Of a stretch of 64,000 bases of DNA, positions 52,398-64,000 are shown piece by piece. The notes beneath the pieces are model-generated. The model was given only the letters and a program-made list of their open reading frames with translations. It did not search any database and was not told the DNA's origin. How positions within the stretch are numbered: position 1 is the first letter of the stretch; each line of letters begins with the position of its first letter. Position numbers and translations under genes: made by a program. The stretch is from Octopus sinensis (taxonomy: Eukaryota): assembly GCF_006345805.1 (NCBI RefSeq), contig NC_043014.1, positions 49,042,001 to 49,106,000 of the forward strand, read 5' to 3'.

Positions 52398-53160
52398 CTA
52401 GCAGTATCGCCCGGCGTTGCTCGAGTTTGTTTCGACCCTTTAGAATTAGAATTTTTGAAAAGTAAAAATTTTGCATTATATAGCTTGTTATTCTCTTTAA
52501 GTGAACATTTTTCTGGTTGAAATACACTGAAAAATGGCAACACAGCAGTCAAAAAATTGTAAATAATTGGGATTTTCATAGAAAAAAAGCACCTTTTTGA
52601 TGTAAATAATTTTTGGCGTTAACATGGTCTGATTTGAATTTTTTCTTCTATGGAAGGAAGAGCAAGCCTTCTTCTATCATACTCTCAATTTTGGTCAACT
52701 TGTGCCTCAGGGTCTCGGAGGAGATAGTGTCAGTTGAAGGCTACCAAACCTGCCATACACAGACAACTTCAGCTTTATATATATACTAGCAGTATCGCCC
52801 GGCATTGCTCGGGTTTGTAAGGGAAATAACTATAAAGCAGTTTTAGAGAGTTATAGCCAAAAAATGGAAAAAAAATGATGGTAAATTTTTTTTTAGTTAA
52901 AAAGGTCGAGTTGCGTCCCCTAGACAGTCTGTGGTTTGTGTTTCTGATTCTCGACCCCATGTCGAATTTATCGATTTTTTTCAGAACTGGGGGAACTTTT
53001 CAAAATTTTCGCTGCATTAGTTTTGAATTATGACATTGGGCTATGTGTGTGTCAAGTTTCATCAGAATCGGTTGAAAGCCGTGGTCAGGGTGAGGGTACA
53101 ACCTAACAGACACACAGAAACACACACAGACAAACTGCCGTTTATATATAGAGAGATAGA
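52398..53160 (-). mobile_element. Two adjacent non-autonomous Helitrons (52398-52785 and 52786-53160)
   Basis: Minus 3' ends C(C/T)CGAGCAA(C/T)GCCGGG hairpin + CGATACTG + CTAG|T; 5' end TCTATCTCTCTATATATAAA followed by GTCTGTGTG. Confidence 0.75.
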
Positions 53161-55553
53161 TTTTACAGGTGTTTAATAGAGCCAAAGTTGGAACCTCTAA
53201 CTGGTCCAGTTGACCTACTAGGAAAAATAAAAAGCTAAATCACCCTTAAAATCACACCTTACTGTTTTGTTTTTTTTTAAATGGCTCAACTGAATAATGT
53301 AGTTTGAAGTCTGCCCCCCCCCCCATTCCTTGCGATGCTCATGGTCAGAATACATTTCTGCTAGCTAAGGGCCACACTCTAATTCCATAGAGGTCTGCTA
53401 GCTGGGGATTGCTAGTTAAGGACTAAACAAGAACATTGAAATAATATAATTCTGTATACTTTTACTTAACATTGATATACTACAGAAAGCCACAAAACTG
53501 AAGTATTTGTCTTGAGACAGCATCCAATGTTTAGTGCTAAAAAGCACAGAAGTATATGAATAGCAGAGGAAAAATATCCAGCAGTGGATTTGCTAAATCT
53601 AGTTTTCTGCATCCTTGAGCATCATCACTAGAAAGTATCCACTAACAGCCACATGTTTAGATAAATTTAGCTTTTACTGTTACGTCAAAGAATATTGGTA
53701 GTTTGACAACTGACTGAAATTATGATTGGTTCATGTAGCGAGTTGTCTCCCTTGTATCACTGGCGTTATTAGAACCACAATTCTAAACCTGCAGTGAGTT
53801 GGAGTAGGGGACAAAATTTAGGATTCCAGGAGATCACAGTGAGGACATTGGATTAGGAGGAAAAAAATTTTCTTTATCATTATTGACAATGGGCTGGCAG
53901 AAACATTAAAGTGTTGGGAAAAAATGCTTAATGGTATGCTATGATGTTCTGAGTTCAAATTTCGCCGAGGTCGACTTTGCCTTTCATCCTTTCGGGGTCG
54001 ATTAAATAAGTACCAGTTACGCACTGGGGTTGATGTAATCGACTTAATCCGTTTGTTTGTCTCCTCTGGGTTTAGTCCCTTGTGGGTAGTAAAGAAATAG
54101 GTACATGTTACTGCTCTCTCTATATTCATCATCATCATCATTTAACATCCATGTTCCATGGGCAAATGGGTTGTGGGGGTTTGACAGGATACAAAGACTG
54201 CATGGTGTTCCAGTGTCAACTTTGGCATTGTTTCTACAGCTGGATGCCTTTCCTAATGCCAACCACTTCACAGCTTGTACCAGGTGCTCCTCTTAGTGCC
54301 ACTGGCACTAATGAGGTTGTTATGCAGCTTGTAAGACTATTATGAACCTCGATTGGGGGTGGGGAACTTTTTGCTTGGAGAATAAGGGAGCAGAGAGGGA
54401 TACTGTATGAGAGAAAAGGGCTGGAGCAAAGGTTTCTTGCTGGGGAAGACCTGCACGAGGGTTCAAATCCTGCTATGGTTAACATTTTATATTCTTGTGG
54501 GATCAATAAAATACCTGTTAAGTACAAGGGTTGATTGTATTAACTAGCTCCCTCCCTTCAAAATTTTTTGACCTTTACATCATCGTTTAACGTCCTCCTT
54601 CCATGCTGGCATGGGTTGGATGGTTTGGCAGATGTCTGCACCACACTTCTGTGTCTGTTTTGGCACAGTTTTTACAGCTGGATGCTCTTCCTAACACCAA
54701 CCACCCAGCAGGGTGGACTGAGTACTTTTTACATGGCACCAGCACAGGTGGGGTCAGTTTTGGCAGGGTTTCAACAGCTGGATGCCCTTCCAAATGCCAA
54801 CCACTTTACAGTGTGGACTATCAAAATCTATTTTGCACTAGTGTTATATAAAATACTATATTTTCCTTTTATGCATGTGCAGGGCAAATTAAGATGGTGA
54901 ACTAATGAAGTGTTGGGGACAAGGATTATTGAAAAAAGTTAAGAAATATTAGATCAGAAAAATTTATCAAAAATAAATTTTTGGAGCTTAGATTTTAGAG
55001 AAAGAAAAAATCTGAGTATTTCTGAGGCAGCTGGTATTTGAACCTATGTCTGTTGGACCTCAATAATTTGGTTACTAAACACCACATAAAACATACCTTC
55101 GTTTATCATCATCATCATCACTGCCATTTAACATCTGTTTTCCTTGCCTAAGTTGGATGGTTGACAGAAGCCAGTGAGCCAGAAGTCTGCACCAAGCTCT
55201 ATTGTGTTCTTTGGTATGGTTTCTATGGCCAGATACCTTTCCTAATGCTAACTACTTTACAGAGTGTACTGAGTGCTTTTTATGTGGCACCAGCACCAGT
55301 GAGGTCCCTGAGTAACTTGCAAGACAAAGACCTCTCAACTGAGGGGTTAGTAGTATTACTGAGGGATGTGGCTTTGTGCCAGGTGGTGGGAAGTTAAACT
55401 CTGATAGAGGGACAGAAACAGGTGTCTTGCTGTAGAGTAGATACATGGCTACTCCAGTTGGAAAAGAGCCAGGAGAGGAGTGAAAGACGAGATGGTGATG
55501 AAGATGTATTGGAGTATACCCTTTATTAAAATTTATTTATTCATTTATTTCAG

Positions 55554-55616
55554 GCTTGCTTCTTGGGATATGAAGTTGCAATGAAATTTCTTAACTGGTT
55601 GGCACCAAATCTCTAA
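55554..55616 (+). CDS. SLC25A20: SLC25A20 exon 9 (stop)
   Basis: tttcag|GCT...TAA; [20 protein letters not shown], near-identical to human [20 protein letters not shown]. The nine exons sum to 900 nt = 299 aa + stop. Confidence 0.96.
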   Translation, partial: [20 protein letters not shown]

Positions 55617-55672
55617 ATAGTGATCGACGACAGTTTATTGGTGACAGTCCCAATTAACAGCAATAACAATTC

Positions 55673-55946
55673 AATAAAGAAAGCCAAAAGTTAATTCAAG
55701 TCTGCAACCTTTGCCAGAAAATGGAGACAATCCTGCCATCAATGTTTATCCAGCTCCATTGATTTTTTTTATTTTTTTTTATCTCAAAGTTATTACATTA
55801 ATAACCGATGTTGGCATCATTTATTTTTTCTTTTTTACAACTCCAACATATTTTGGAATTTTAAACAATTTTCCCTTTATTTTCCTTCCGATTTTTTGCA
55901 GTTCTGAAGATTTATTTTTGACATTTTACACTCGATGAAAAATAAA
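55673..55946 (+). terminator. Candidate polyadenylation signals of SLC25A20 (AATAAA at 55673 and 55941)
   Basis: Two AATAAA hexamers downstream of the stop; which is used cannot be told from sequence. Confidence 0.45.
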
Positions 55947-56983
55947 AAAACAAAAAACAAAAAATTATATAAAATTGGATGTTAGAATCTTCTAATCTTT
56001 GTGTGTGTCCTATCTTTTACTTGTTTCTGTCATTGAACTGTGGCCATGCTGGGGCAACACCTTAAACGAGTTTAATTGGACAAATCAACCCCAGAACTTT
56101 TCACCAGCAGATGTTTCTATATGTGTAACTGCATCATGGGATATTTCAATACATCTCTTATTTAAAATCCGTTCTGTCTGTGTGTGTGGCTTCTAGGATC
56201 TTGGGCATCCTCCATCCGATTGTGCTCAAATTTGATATGTAGATACCGACGGTATCAGGGCATGTATAAGTCTTGAAAAAATTACAAAAATCCTTTCCAG
56301 GTGAGAATGCAATCGATAAAGCCGTTGGAAATCGTTTTTCTTTGGAATAGAAAAAAAGTCTATTTTTATTTCTTCTTTTGCTGGTGTTTCAAATTTAGGT
56401 TAAATCAATGTTTCTCAAATTTAGGTTAAATCAATGTTTCTCCTATGGGACGGTTGGACAAGTTGTTTTGAGAAAATTTGGTTTAAATGTTTGACAACTC
56501 AGCACCATCCATTGGACGGGAAGATATCTCTCTGTATGTTTTACCTTCTACATTTCCCAGTCATTAGATTGCGGTGAAGCCTGGCCACTACCTTGAAGAA
56601 TTCTTAGTTGAAAGAATTGAGCCCTGCACTTATATATTTTGAAAGCCTGGTCTTTATTCTACCAGCTTTTTTCACTGCACCATTATATCACTGGCACAAA
56701 CACACCATCACTGGTTGTTAAGCAGCAGTGGGGACCAGACATACATACATAAATGTATGTGTGTATATCTTTCTCTCTTTCTCTTTTCCTTGTTTAAGTC
56801 ATTTGACTGTGGCTATGCTGGAGCACCGCCTTTAGTCGAGCAAATCAACCCCGGGACTTATTCTTTGTAACCCTAGTACTTATTCTATCGGTCTTTGTTG
56901 CCGAACCGCTAAGTGACGGGGACGTAAACACACCAGCATCGGTTGTCAAGCAATGCTAGAGGGACAAACACAGACACACAAAG

Positions 56984-57024
<41 letters not shown>

Positions 57025-57192
57025 CACATATACGACAGGCTTCTTTCAGTTTCCGTCTACCAAATCCACTCACAAGGCATTGGTCAGCCCGGGGCTATAG
57101 CAGAAGACACATGCCAAGGTGCCATGCAGTGGGACTGAACCTGGAACCATGTGGTTGGTAAGCAAGCTACTTACCACACAGCCACTCATGCG

Positions 57193-57195
<3 letters not shown>

Positions 57196-57237
<42 letters not shown>

Positions 57238-57347
57238 TATATATATATATATATAGTGTATATATATATATATGTAGTATATATATATATATATATGTAG
57301 TATATATATATATATATATGTAGTGTATATATATATATATATATATA

Positions 57348-57381
<34 letters not shown>

Positions 57382-57428
57382 TATATATATATATATATAT
57401 ATATAGTGTATATATATATATATATATA

Positions 57429-57488
<60 letters not shown>

Positions 57489-57793
57489 TATATATATATA
57501 TAGTATATATATATATATATAGTATATATATATATATATAGTATATATATATATATATAGTATATATATATAGTATATATATATATATATATAGTGTATA
57601 TATATATATATAGTGTATATATATATATATAGTGTATATATATATATATATAGTGTATATATATATATATATAGTGTATATATATATATATAGTGTATAT
57701 ATATATATATATAGTGTATATATATATATATAGTGTATATATATATATATAGTGTATATATATATATATATATAGTGTATATATATATATATA

Positions 57794-57842
<49 letters not shown>
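57196..57842. repeat. (TA)n microsatellite with periodic GTG
   Basis: Directly visible. Confidence 0.95.
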
Positions 57843-57843
<1 letters not shown>

Positions 57844-58143
57844 TAGCAGTATCACCCGGCGTTGCTCGGGTTTGTAAGGCAAATAACTATATAAGCATTT
57901 TAGAGAGTTACTTCCCTTATATAACCCGAACAAAAATCATTAAAAATGCGGAAAAATGATGGTAAATTTTTTTTAAAATCGTAGACTCATCGTAGACACG
58001 CGCTAATACCCAGAAGGGCTCGATATGAATGACGACTATAAGATACCCGCTTTTGGTTAAACTGCACCATGTGGGAGCAGTTAGGAATCTAAATCGGAGG
58101 AGACAGAGTCTCACACACACAACTTGAATTTTATATATAAAGA
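57843..58143 (-). mobile_element. Non-autonomous Helitron
   Basis: A|TCTTTATATATAAA 5' end; CCCGAGCAACGCCGGG hairpin then CTAG|T 3' end; A/T target, no TSD. Confidence 0.78.
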
Positions 58144-58926
58144 TATATATATATATATATACTTACATATAAATATATACATCTCTATATATATATACAT
58201 CTATATGTATACATGTATACAGCCTCGTCTGGCACCTGTGTCTGTGGCACATAAAATCACCCACTACACTCTCGGAGTGGTTGGCGTTAGGAAGGGCATC
58301 CAGCTGTAGAAACACTGCCAGATCTGACTGGCCTGGTGCAGCCTTCGGGCTCCCCAGACCCCAGTTGAACCGTCCAACCCATGCTAGCATGGAAAGCGGA
58401 CATTAAATGATGATGATGATGATGATGATATATATATATAGTGATGCATATTTGCCATTTGAATATGGCTAACCCATAAGGGTGGATGCTACTGTAGTTT
58501 GTAGCCCCAGGAAGATATCTCCTCCAGCTGGCTATAGACACACTATCTGTGTCCTCTCAGTATTTGTGAAGGGGAGTCATCCTCCCCGTCTTCAACACAT
58601 GATACACACGTACCCGAGTTTCAAGGTGTTTACCTTTCATCAGCGTGTGACAATCATGGTTGTCGATGAATTTCTTTACTACGATTAGAAAATCATTACA
58701 TAGAAGGACAATACAGGACATACATACAAAGAACAGTTGAGTGGTTTGATTAAAAATTTTCCATAATATTTGGATTATTCCTTAAACAAAATTTGTATTT
58801 AAATGGTCCTTTGCATTGACTTAATAGAACATTACAACATTACATTAACTTGCGATCTTACCGATATTTTAAACCCCGGCAACCTATAAGGCCCCGCAGT
58901 TTTTCTTCCCTCTCCTCCATCCATAG

Positions 58927-61638
58927 TTAAGCTGGGTTTCTGACACCCACCTTTTTTGCCACTTCCTTCCATCTTTTTTCATACACACCTCGTGGTAAGG
59001 TCTTCTTTTCCAGCCCCATTTTGCTCTTCAGATGATATCTGAAGTAAGTGAGCAAGCCGGGGCCTGAGACAAAGGATCCTATTGCGACTCCTTCCACTCT
59101 TGTACGCCACATGCATTCTTTTACTACGGCAACCGTGCTGTGAAAACATGCCTCACCTTCCTTCGAGAGTCCAGTTGGCAGTATCATCTTAATCATAGAC
59201 CCCGCCGACAGCTGTACTCGTCCCAGATGCGATAACACGTGTTCGGCGTAACTTATCAAGTCTAACAACTTCCGACAGTGTACAAAAGCGTGCTGGACGG
59301 TTTCATCATCCAACCCGCATCTTGGACACGTCGGTGGCACTGAAATTCCGTGCCGCAATAACTTCTCGCGAACAGGTAAAGCATTCCTATAACACTGCCA
59401 GGCCAGGGATCTTTGGAAATTATCCAAATACCCCGTCCTGAAAGTCTTTTTAAACAGGTTGGTAAGCTGGTCTTCGTCAAACCCCAGAGCCCCTCCTAGG
59501 ACGTCGTCGTTCTTTGCCTCTACCAGCCTGCTATAAAATACCGAGGTGGTATTTCCGCAGCCGGCCTTGCCTGCCTTGTGGATCAGCGTGAGTGCCTGTC
59601 GGCACTCCTTTTGCCATAAAGTCAGATTCCGTCTTTTGATGCGACCGGGTTTAAAATTCACTAAGGAAGCCGGTCTCGGGAAAAATTCCCCTGCCAGCGG
59701 ACTCCACACCTTATCATCCTCCAGGTGGTGCCAGAGATGCTTCAGCCTCAACGCATGCCTGCGCATCATCAACCAAGGCATTCCTAACCCACCCTTTAAC
59801 GGTTCCTGGCAGCAAACGGAGCGCCTCACAAGTGGCTTTCCTAGCTTCCACAAAAAGCGGAAAAGGATTCGCTCCAACTTGCTAAGCCATGAATCGGGGC
59901 AAGGGACAGCGGTCAGGCGGTAAGTGATTACAGATGCAATGAACATCTGCGCCACCTCCGCCCTTCCTTTCAAGGACAGAGACCTTCCGGACCAGGTCCG
60001 TACTATGGCCTCCACCTTGTTCGTCACCTCACTCCAATTCCTCTCCGTTTGGGAGTCTGACCCAAACCAAACTCCTAGCAACTTAACACTGGACGATATC
60101 GACTTGCTCCTCCAGGTGCCGAGGCGCAAGCCAACCGACTTGTCCTTGTTAACCCTTGCTCCTGCCACCGCCTCGTATCCTCTGATAGCATCTTCTACAC
60201 AAGGTAGCTGGGCCTCATTGGACACGATGAGGGTGACGTCATCCGCATAAGCAGTAACCGTCCTCCCACCTCCGATCTCATCCGGGTTACTTCCCAGCCT
60301 CTCCAACTTTCGCAGCAATGGCTCGAGAGCCAACACGTATAAAAGTGGTGACAAGAGGCACCCTTGACGAACTGAACATTCGATCGAAAACGGTTCCGTT
60401 AGGTATCCGTTTATCTGGACGGTGGACTTGATGCCGTTATACATAGCGGAGATCCAACCGCGAAATTCAGGGCCCAGTCCAGCCGCTTCGAGGACCGTCG
60501 CCAGGTACTTATGGTCTACCCTATCGAACGCTTTACTTTGGTCTAAATGGACCATTACCCCGCCCTTGCCGGTTAATTTACCCACCCTATCTAAGGTGTA
60601 GCGTATAAGGTGAATATTGTCCTGGATCGACCTGCCTGGAATTGCACATGTCTGTGCTTTCCCTACAAGTTTCTCCACGACAATCGTCAACATTTTTGCC
60701 AACACCTTGGCCAAAATCTTTAACTCTACATTAAGTAGAGTTATGGGCCTGTAATTACTAATGTTATCCCCCTTGCTCGGGTCTTTCTGGATTAGCGTCA
60801 CCACTCCCTGGCTTACAGAACTGGGAATTCTCCCATTCTGCTGCCAGTTCGCGTAGACGCTTGCCATTATTCCCCCGAACAAGTCCGGCATACTTTGGTA
60901 AAACTCGTAGGGCAGACCATCCAACCCCGGCGACTTCTCCCCGGCGCATCCAGCCAGTATCCCCTCTATCTCCGCGGGAGTGATCGTTCCTTCACAGCAC
61001 TCCACCTCACGCCCCGAGAGCCGCGGTCCGCCGGCTAGGAAGTCCTTTAAGGCCCTCCCCCGTTCCGGCGCCACACCACCCCGGAACACGCGGGCGAAAT
61101 GATGGTGAAGAAACTTTTGCATCTCCTCCTGTCCATAGATCTTTTGTCCCTGTTCGTCAGTTAAAGACTTGATTGAAGCTTTGTTACCTCTCTGACTCTC
61201 CACTCGACGGGCCCATCCGGCAACGTTAATACCTTCTCGTTTCCCAGCGCGTAGCTTAGCTCTGACTCTGCAACCTTCGTGTTTGGAGTTAAGGTGACGG
61301 TACAATACCGTCCTTGCCGCCATCACTCCGGATGCAGAGCCAGCTTCCATTGCCTCGTTTAGATTCTTAACTAAATTGTCCTCTATCCTAGACCTATCTA
61401 ACCTTAGCTGATTGCTAAATCTAATGGACTCTGAACGAATGGCTCTTTTGAGGGAGTGCCACCATCTATTGTTAATGATGGTGCCACACAATGCCCTCTG
61501 TACTAACACCTTAATCCGGGTACGGAAGTCTTCACAATTCAAAATAGACTTGTTCAGCTTCCAGTACCCGGGTCCCTGTCTATGGCACTTATCTAATTGC
61601 ACCCTACAAGTCACAAATTTGTGATCCGTGTAAGGCAC
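58927..61638 (-). CDS. LINE ORF2, RT portion (pseudogenised)
   Basis: GPGYWKLN, KSPGLDGLPYEFY, NYRPITLLN, LDQSKAFDRVDH, VRQGCLLSPLLY (P>L in GCPLSP), AYADD, CPRC..ETVQHAFVHC. Confidence 0.9.
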   Translation of the reverse strand: MPYTDHKFVTCRVQLDKCHRQGPGYWKLNKSILNCEDFRTRIKVLVQRALCGTIINNRWWHSLKRAIRSESIRFSNQLRLDRSRIEDNLVKNLNEAMEAGSASGVMAARTVLYRHLNSKHEGCRVRAKLRAGKREGINVAGWARRVESQRGNKASIKSLTDEQGQKIYGQEEMQKFLHHHFARVFRGGVAPERGRALKDFLAGGPRLSGREVECCEGTITPAEIEGILAGCAGEKSPGLDGLPYEFYQSMPDLFGGIMASVYANWQQNGRIPSSVSQGVVTLIQKDPSKGDNISNYRPITLLNVELKILAKVLAKMLTIVVEKLVGKAQTCAIPGRSIQDNIHLIRYTLDRVGKLTGKGGVMVHLDQSKAFDRVDHKYLATVLEAAGLGPEFRGWISAMYNGIKSTVQINGYLTEPFSIECSVRQGCLLSPLLYVLALEPLLRKLERLGSNPDEIGGGRTVTAYADDVTLIVSNEAQLPCVEDAIRGYEAVAGARVNKDKSVGLRLGTWRSKSISSSVKLLGVWFGSDSQTERNWSEVTNKVEAIVRTWSGRSLSLKGRAEVAQMFIASVITYRLTAVPCPDSWLSKLERILFRFLWKLGKPLVRRSVCCQEPLKGGLGMPWLMMRRHALRLKHLWHHLEDDKVWSPLAGEFFPRPASLVNFKPGRIKRRNLTLWQKECRQALTLIHKAGKAGCGNTTSVFYSRLVEAKNDDVLGGALGFDEDQLTNLFKKTFRTGYLDNFQRSLAWQCYRNALPVREKLLRHGISVPPTCPRCGLDDETVQHAFVHCRKLLDLISYAEHVLSHLGRVQLSAGSMIKMILPTGLSKEGEACFHSTVAVVKECMWRTRVEGVAIGSFVSGPGLLTYFRYHLKSKMGLEKKTLPRGVYEKRWKEVAKKVGVRNPA

Positions 61639-61741
61639 AATGTGAAACTGTGGACAACTAAACGTATCCTTATCTCTTTTCCTAACGAATATCCGATCTA
61701 TATACGATGTGTGAGCCGTCGTTGTTACTACACGTCCACTG

Positions 61742-62263
61742 TTAACGGTCCACTAGATCAAAGCTCTCTAGTAGACCCTTGAGGCTAGGTTTCCCCTTCC
61801 TATTGGTTGAGCCAACACTGTCGACCCGCGCTTCAAGGACAGTGTTAAAGTCCCCTACTAAGACTACCGTTTTCGACGTCGCTAAAAAGGGCTCCAGATT
61901 CCGAAAAAAACCCGCCTGCCTACACTCATTCGGAGCGTAGACAGCTACCAACCTGAAGGACTGTTTACTTACGTGGGTCACATCCAGAACGACCAGCCTG
62001 CCTTCTGGGTCCAGAAAGACAGTACTTACCTGCAAGTCCAAGCTCTTCCTGAAAAGGACTGCCACGCCTCTTCCTCTTCCTCGGCTAGGAGAAATAAATT
62101 TCTCAAAACCATTTAGAAGAGGCGAGAACGCTTGGGCCCCGTTCATCTTGGACTCGGTTACAATAGCTACATCCACACCGTGTGTCGTGAGGTCGTTCAG
62201 GAAATAAATTTGTTTCCATTTCGACCCCATTCCACGCACATTTCCGCAACCCAGCTTTGCCAT
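61742..62263 (-). CDS. LINE ORF2, N-terminal APE endonuclease (separated from RT by a stop and a frameshift)
   Basis: GNVRG, VTESK, VYAPN, GDFN motifs; after DR* the frame reads QWTCSNNDGSH, then shifts +1 to SYIDRIF...PYTDHK. Confidence 0.88.
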   Translation of the reverse strand: MAKLGCGNVRGMGSKWKQIYFLNDLTTHGVDVAIVTESKMNGAQAFSPLLNGFEKFISPSRGRGRGVAVLFRKSLDLQVSTVFLDPEGRLVVLDVTHVSKQSFRLVAVYAPNECRQAGFFRNLEPFLATSKTVVLVGDFNTVLEARVDSVGSTNRKGKPSLKGLLESFDLVDR

Positions 62264-62290
62264 TGTCGGTGAGAGAAAAAATAAACAAAC

Positions 62291-62820
62291 TTACGGTTGG
62301 GACAGGGAGCATGGCAGTTTAAATCTGCCTGCTTCCCCTTCTTCCTCCCTTGTGGTCGTAGCTGCAGGGCTCTTAACCGGCGTTGCCATCGGGCTCTGGG
62401 TAGGTGTGGTTGCCGGGGTTATAATAAGTTTACCCTCCAGTATTTCCTTTGTTACATCTCTTATAAGATTATTCTTTAAATGTTCTTGTAGTGTTTTTTC
62501 CTTCCACTCGTCTTCCTTTATTTTTGCGAAGCGAGTGGTTGATATTGTGTCTGTAGACTTACTGAATAGTTTAACTTTTGAAAATTTGAAATATTTGTAC
62601 ACCCTATCGTTCTTCTCGTCAAATGCTATAATCTTATCATTTTTTTTAACAATTTTTTCAAATCTTGTTTTATGGGGAGGGGCTTGGCGAACTGTGTTCC
62701 AATGAATATAGTGCCGTGGGGGTAGGGCTGGGGAATTTGTTTTGTATGTATGTCTGCGGTGTTTGCTGATTTTTTCTTTGTTTGGGGAGGGGAGTCCAGG
62801 GTGTTATCTTTTTTTCTTTT
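62291..62820 (-). pseudogene. ORF1-like remnant of the LINE
   Basis: Lys/Thr/Pro-rich frame ending ~27 nt before the ORF2 ATG; no recognisable domain. Confidence 0.4.
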
Positions 62821-63573
62821 TCAAATTGTTTAGTTAACTAGAAAATTCCGTCCACCAAACAGAAAAGATCCCAATGGAGAGATGTTTTACTTTCACTTTT
62901 GACATGTGATATCGATTCACCAGTATTCGAGTAGGTCAATGCGGAAGTAAAATGTTTTTACAGAAGTCTTTCACATTTACTCATTTAGTTGGTGACATTA
63001 ACGGGCGTTGATATTATTATCTGAGATTCCCAAAACAGTTTTTATTATTTCTTAATTATTTTCCCTCTTCAATCTCGACTATTTTACTTTATTAATCCCT
63101 TCACAACTTCCAGCATTCCAATAGGACCTGGTTTCCAGAGAGGAACACTTGCACAAAAAGTGACACTCTCTCTGTATATAATATTCGTTGCCATATATTT
63201 ACCATTCTGAGAAGCTTGGATAGAGATTGGTTACAAATTTAAGTTACAAATTACAATTTTGTTTACAATAATGTTTTCTTTTGACACATTCTACCAGTAT
63301 ACGAAGTTTCAAATTGTTTAGTTAACTAGAAAATTCCGTCCATCAAACAGAAAAGATCCCAATAGAGAGATGTTTTACTTTCACTTTTGACATGTGATAT
63401 CGATTCACCAGTATTCGAGTAGGTCAATGCGGAAGTAAAATGTTTTTACAGAAGTCTTTCACTTTTACTCATTTAGTTGGTGACATTAACGGGCGTTGAT
63501 ATTATTATCTGAGATTCCCAAAACAGTTTTTATTATTTCTTAATTATTTTACTTCTCCAATCTCGACTGTTTT
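62819..63573. repeat. Direct repeat, ~265 bp copies at 62819-63085 and 63307-63573
   Basis: TTTCAAATTGTTTAGTTAACTAGAAAATTCCG...AATCTCGACT occurs twice with few substitutions; period 488 bp. Confidence 0.9.
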
Positions 63574-64000
63574 AGAATTTTAGAATTTTATCGTAACACA
63601 ACCATAATAAGAGAAGAATAACCGATCCTAGATTTGGTAGCGTAGCATCATCTAGTTATTAGCTTTCGAAAATGTGGGGAAAATGAATTCCATTGTTTAT
63701 TTAAATGGTTTTTCAGTTTCATTAAACACACATACACAAATGTATATACACTCTCACACGTTCTCCAGAGTCTACAGTGGGGTATACATACTCACGCACG
63801 CACACAGTCGAGTAATGGTAAAGGGTGTGCGTGTGCACACGCACACACGCAGAGTCAGAAACGCACGCACACACTTGATCGGGCGTGCGCACACAAAAAC
63901 ACACTCTCACACATACACACACAGAATGTCTTCAATCTTATGCATTGTCAACTTGCCAAATACTTCTTACGTAGAATGTTTCCACAATAGAAAAGTTTCA

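Larger units (their letters stand above)
58670..62820 (-). mobile_element. L1/Tx1-clade non-LTR retrotransposon, near full length but inactivated
   Basis: APE endonuclease, RT and C-terminal CCHC finger plus upstream ORF1-like remnant; 3' UTR ends ...GTAGTAAAGAAAT at 58670; 5' limit uncertain. Confidence 0.9.

Noticed and set aside
59546-60250. Plus-strand ORFs overlapping the LINE
   Set aside because: Antisense shadows of the GC-richer RT ORF.

Overview
Eukaryotic, AT-rich, repeat-dense genomic DNA whose SINE, microsatellite and MITE content is typical of an octopod cephalopod (Octopus; inferred from recognised repeat types). Two head-to-head protein genes are present, and neither is assembled by the ORF track. 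One is a complete 9-exon SLC25A20 (mitochondrial carnitine/acylcarnitine carrier, + strand, CDS 23104-55616, 299 aa, all GT-AG introns). The other is the first coding exon of a USP15/USP4-type deubiquitinase (- strand, 12812-12724), whose intron 1 appears to run off the left end. Other content: a decayed L1/Tx1-clade LINE (58670-~62820, -), a tRNA-Asp(GTC) pseudogene, dozens of tRNA-derived SINEs, piggyBac/mariner/hAT MITEs, non-autonomous Helitrons, LINE 3' fragments and long micro/minisatellites. The most interesting signals are (i) a SINE family whose 3' tail and terminal stem-loop match the 3' end of the resident Tx1-like LINE and which repeatedly inserts at GGTATTT, including into itself; (ii) several minimal hammerhead-ribozyme motifs (Penelope-type) inside the introns; (iii) several long intronic fold-backs that could form ADAR substrates; and (iv) an exon whose acceptor is preceded by ~710 bp of (ATT)n carrying in-frame, stop-free decoy AGs. 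All calls were made by eye and repeat boundaries are approximate.
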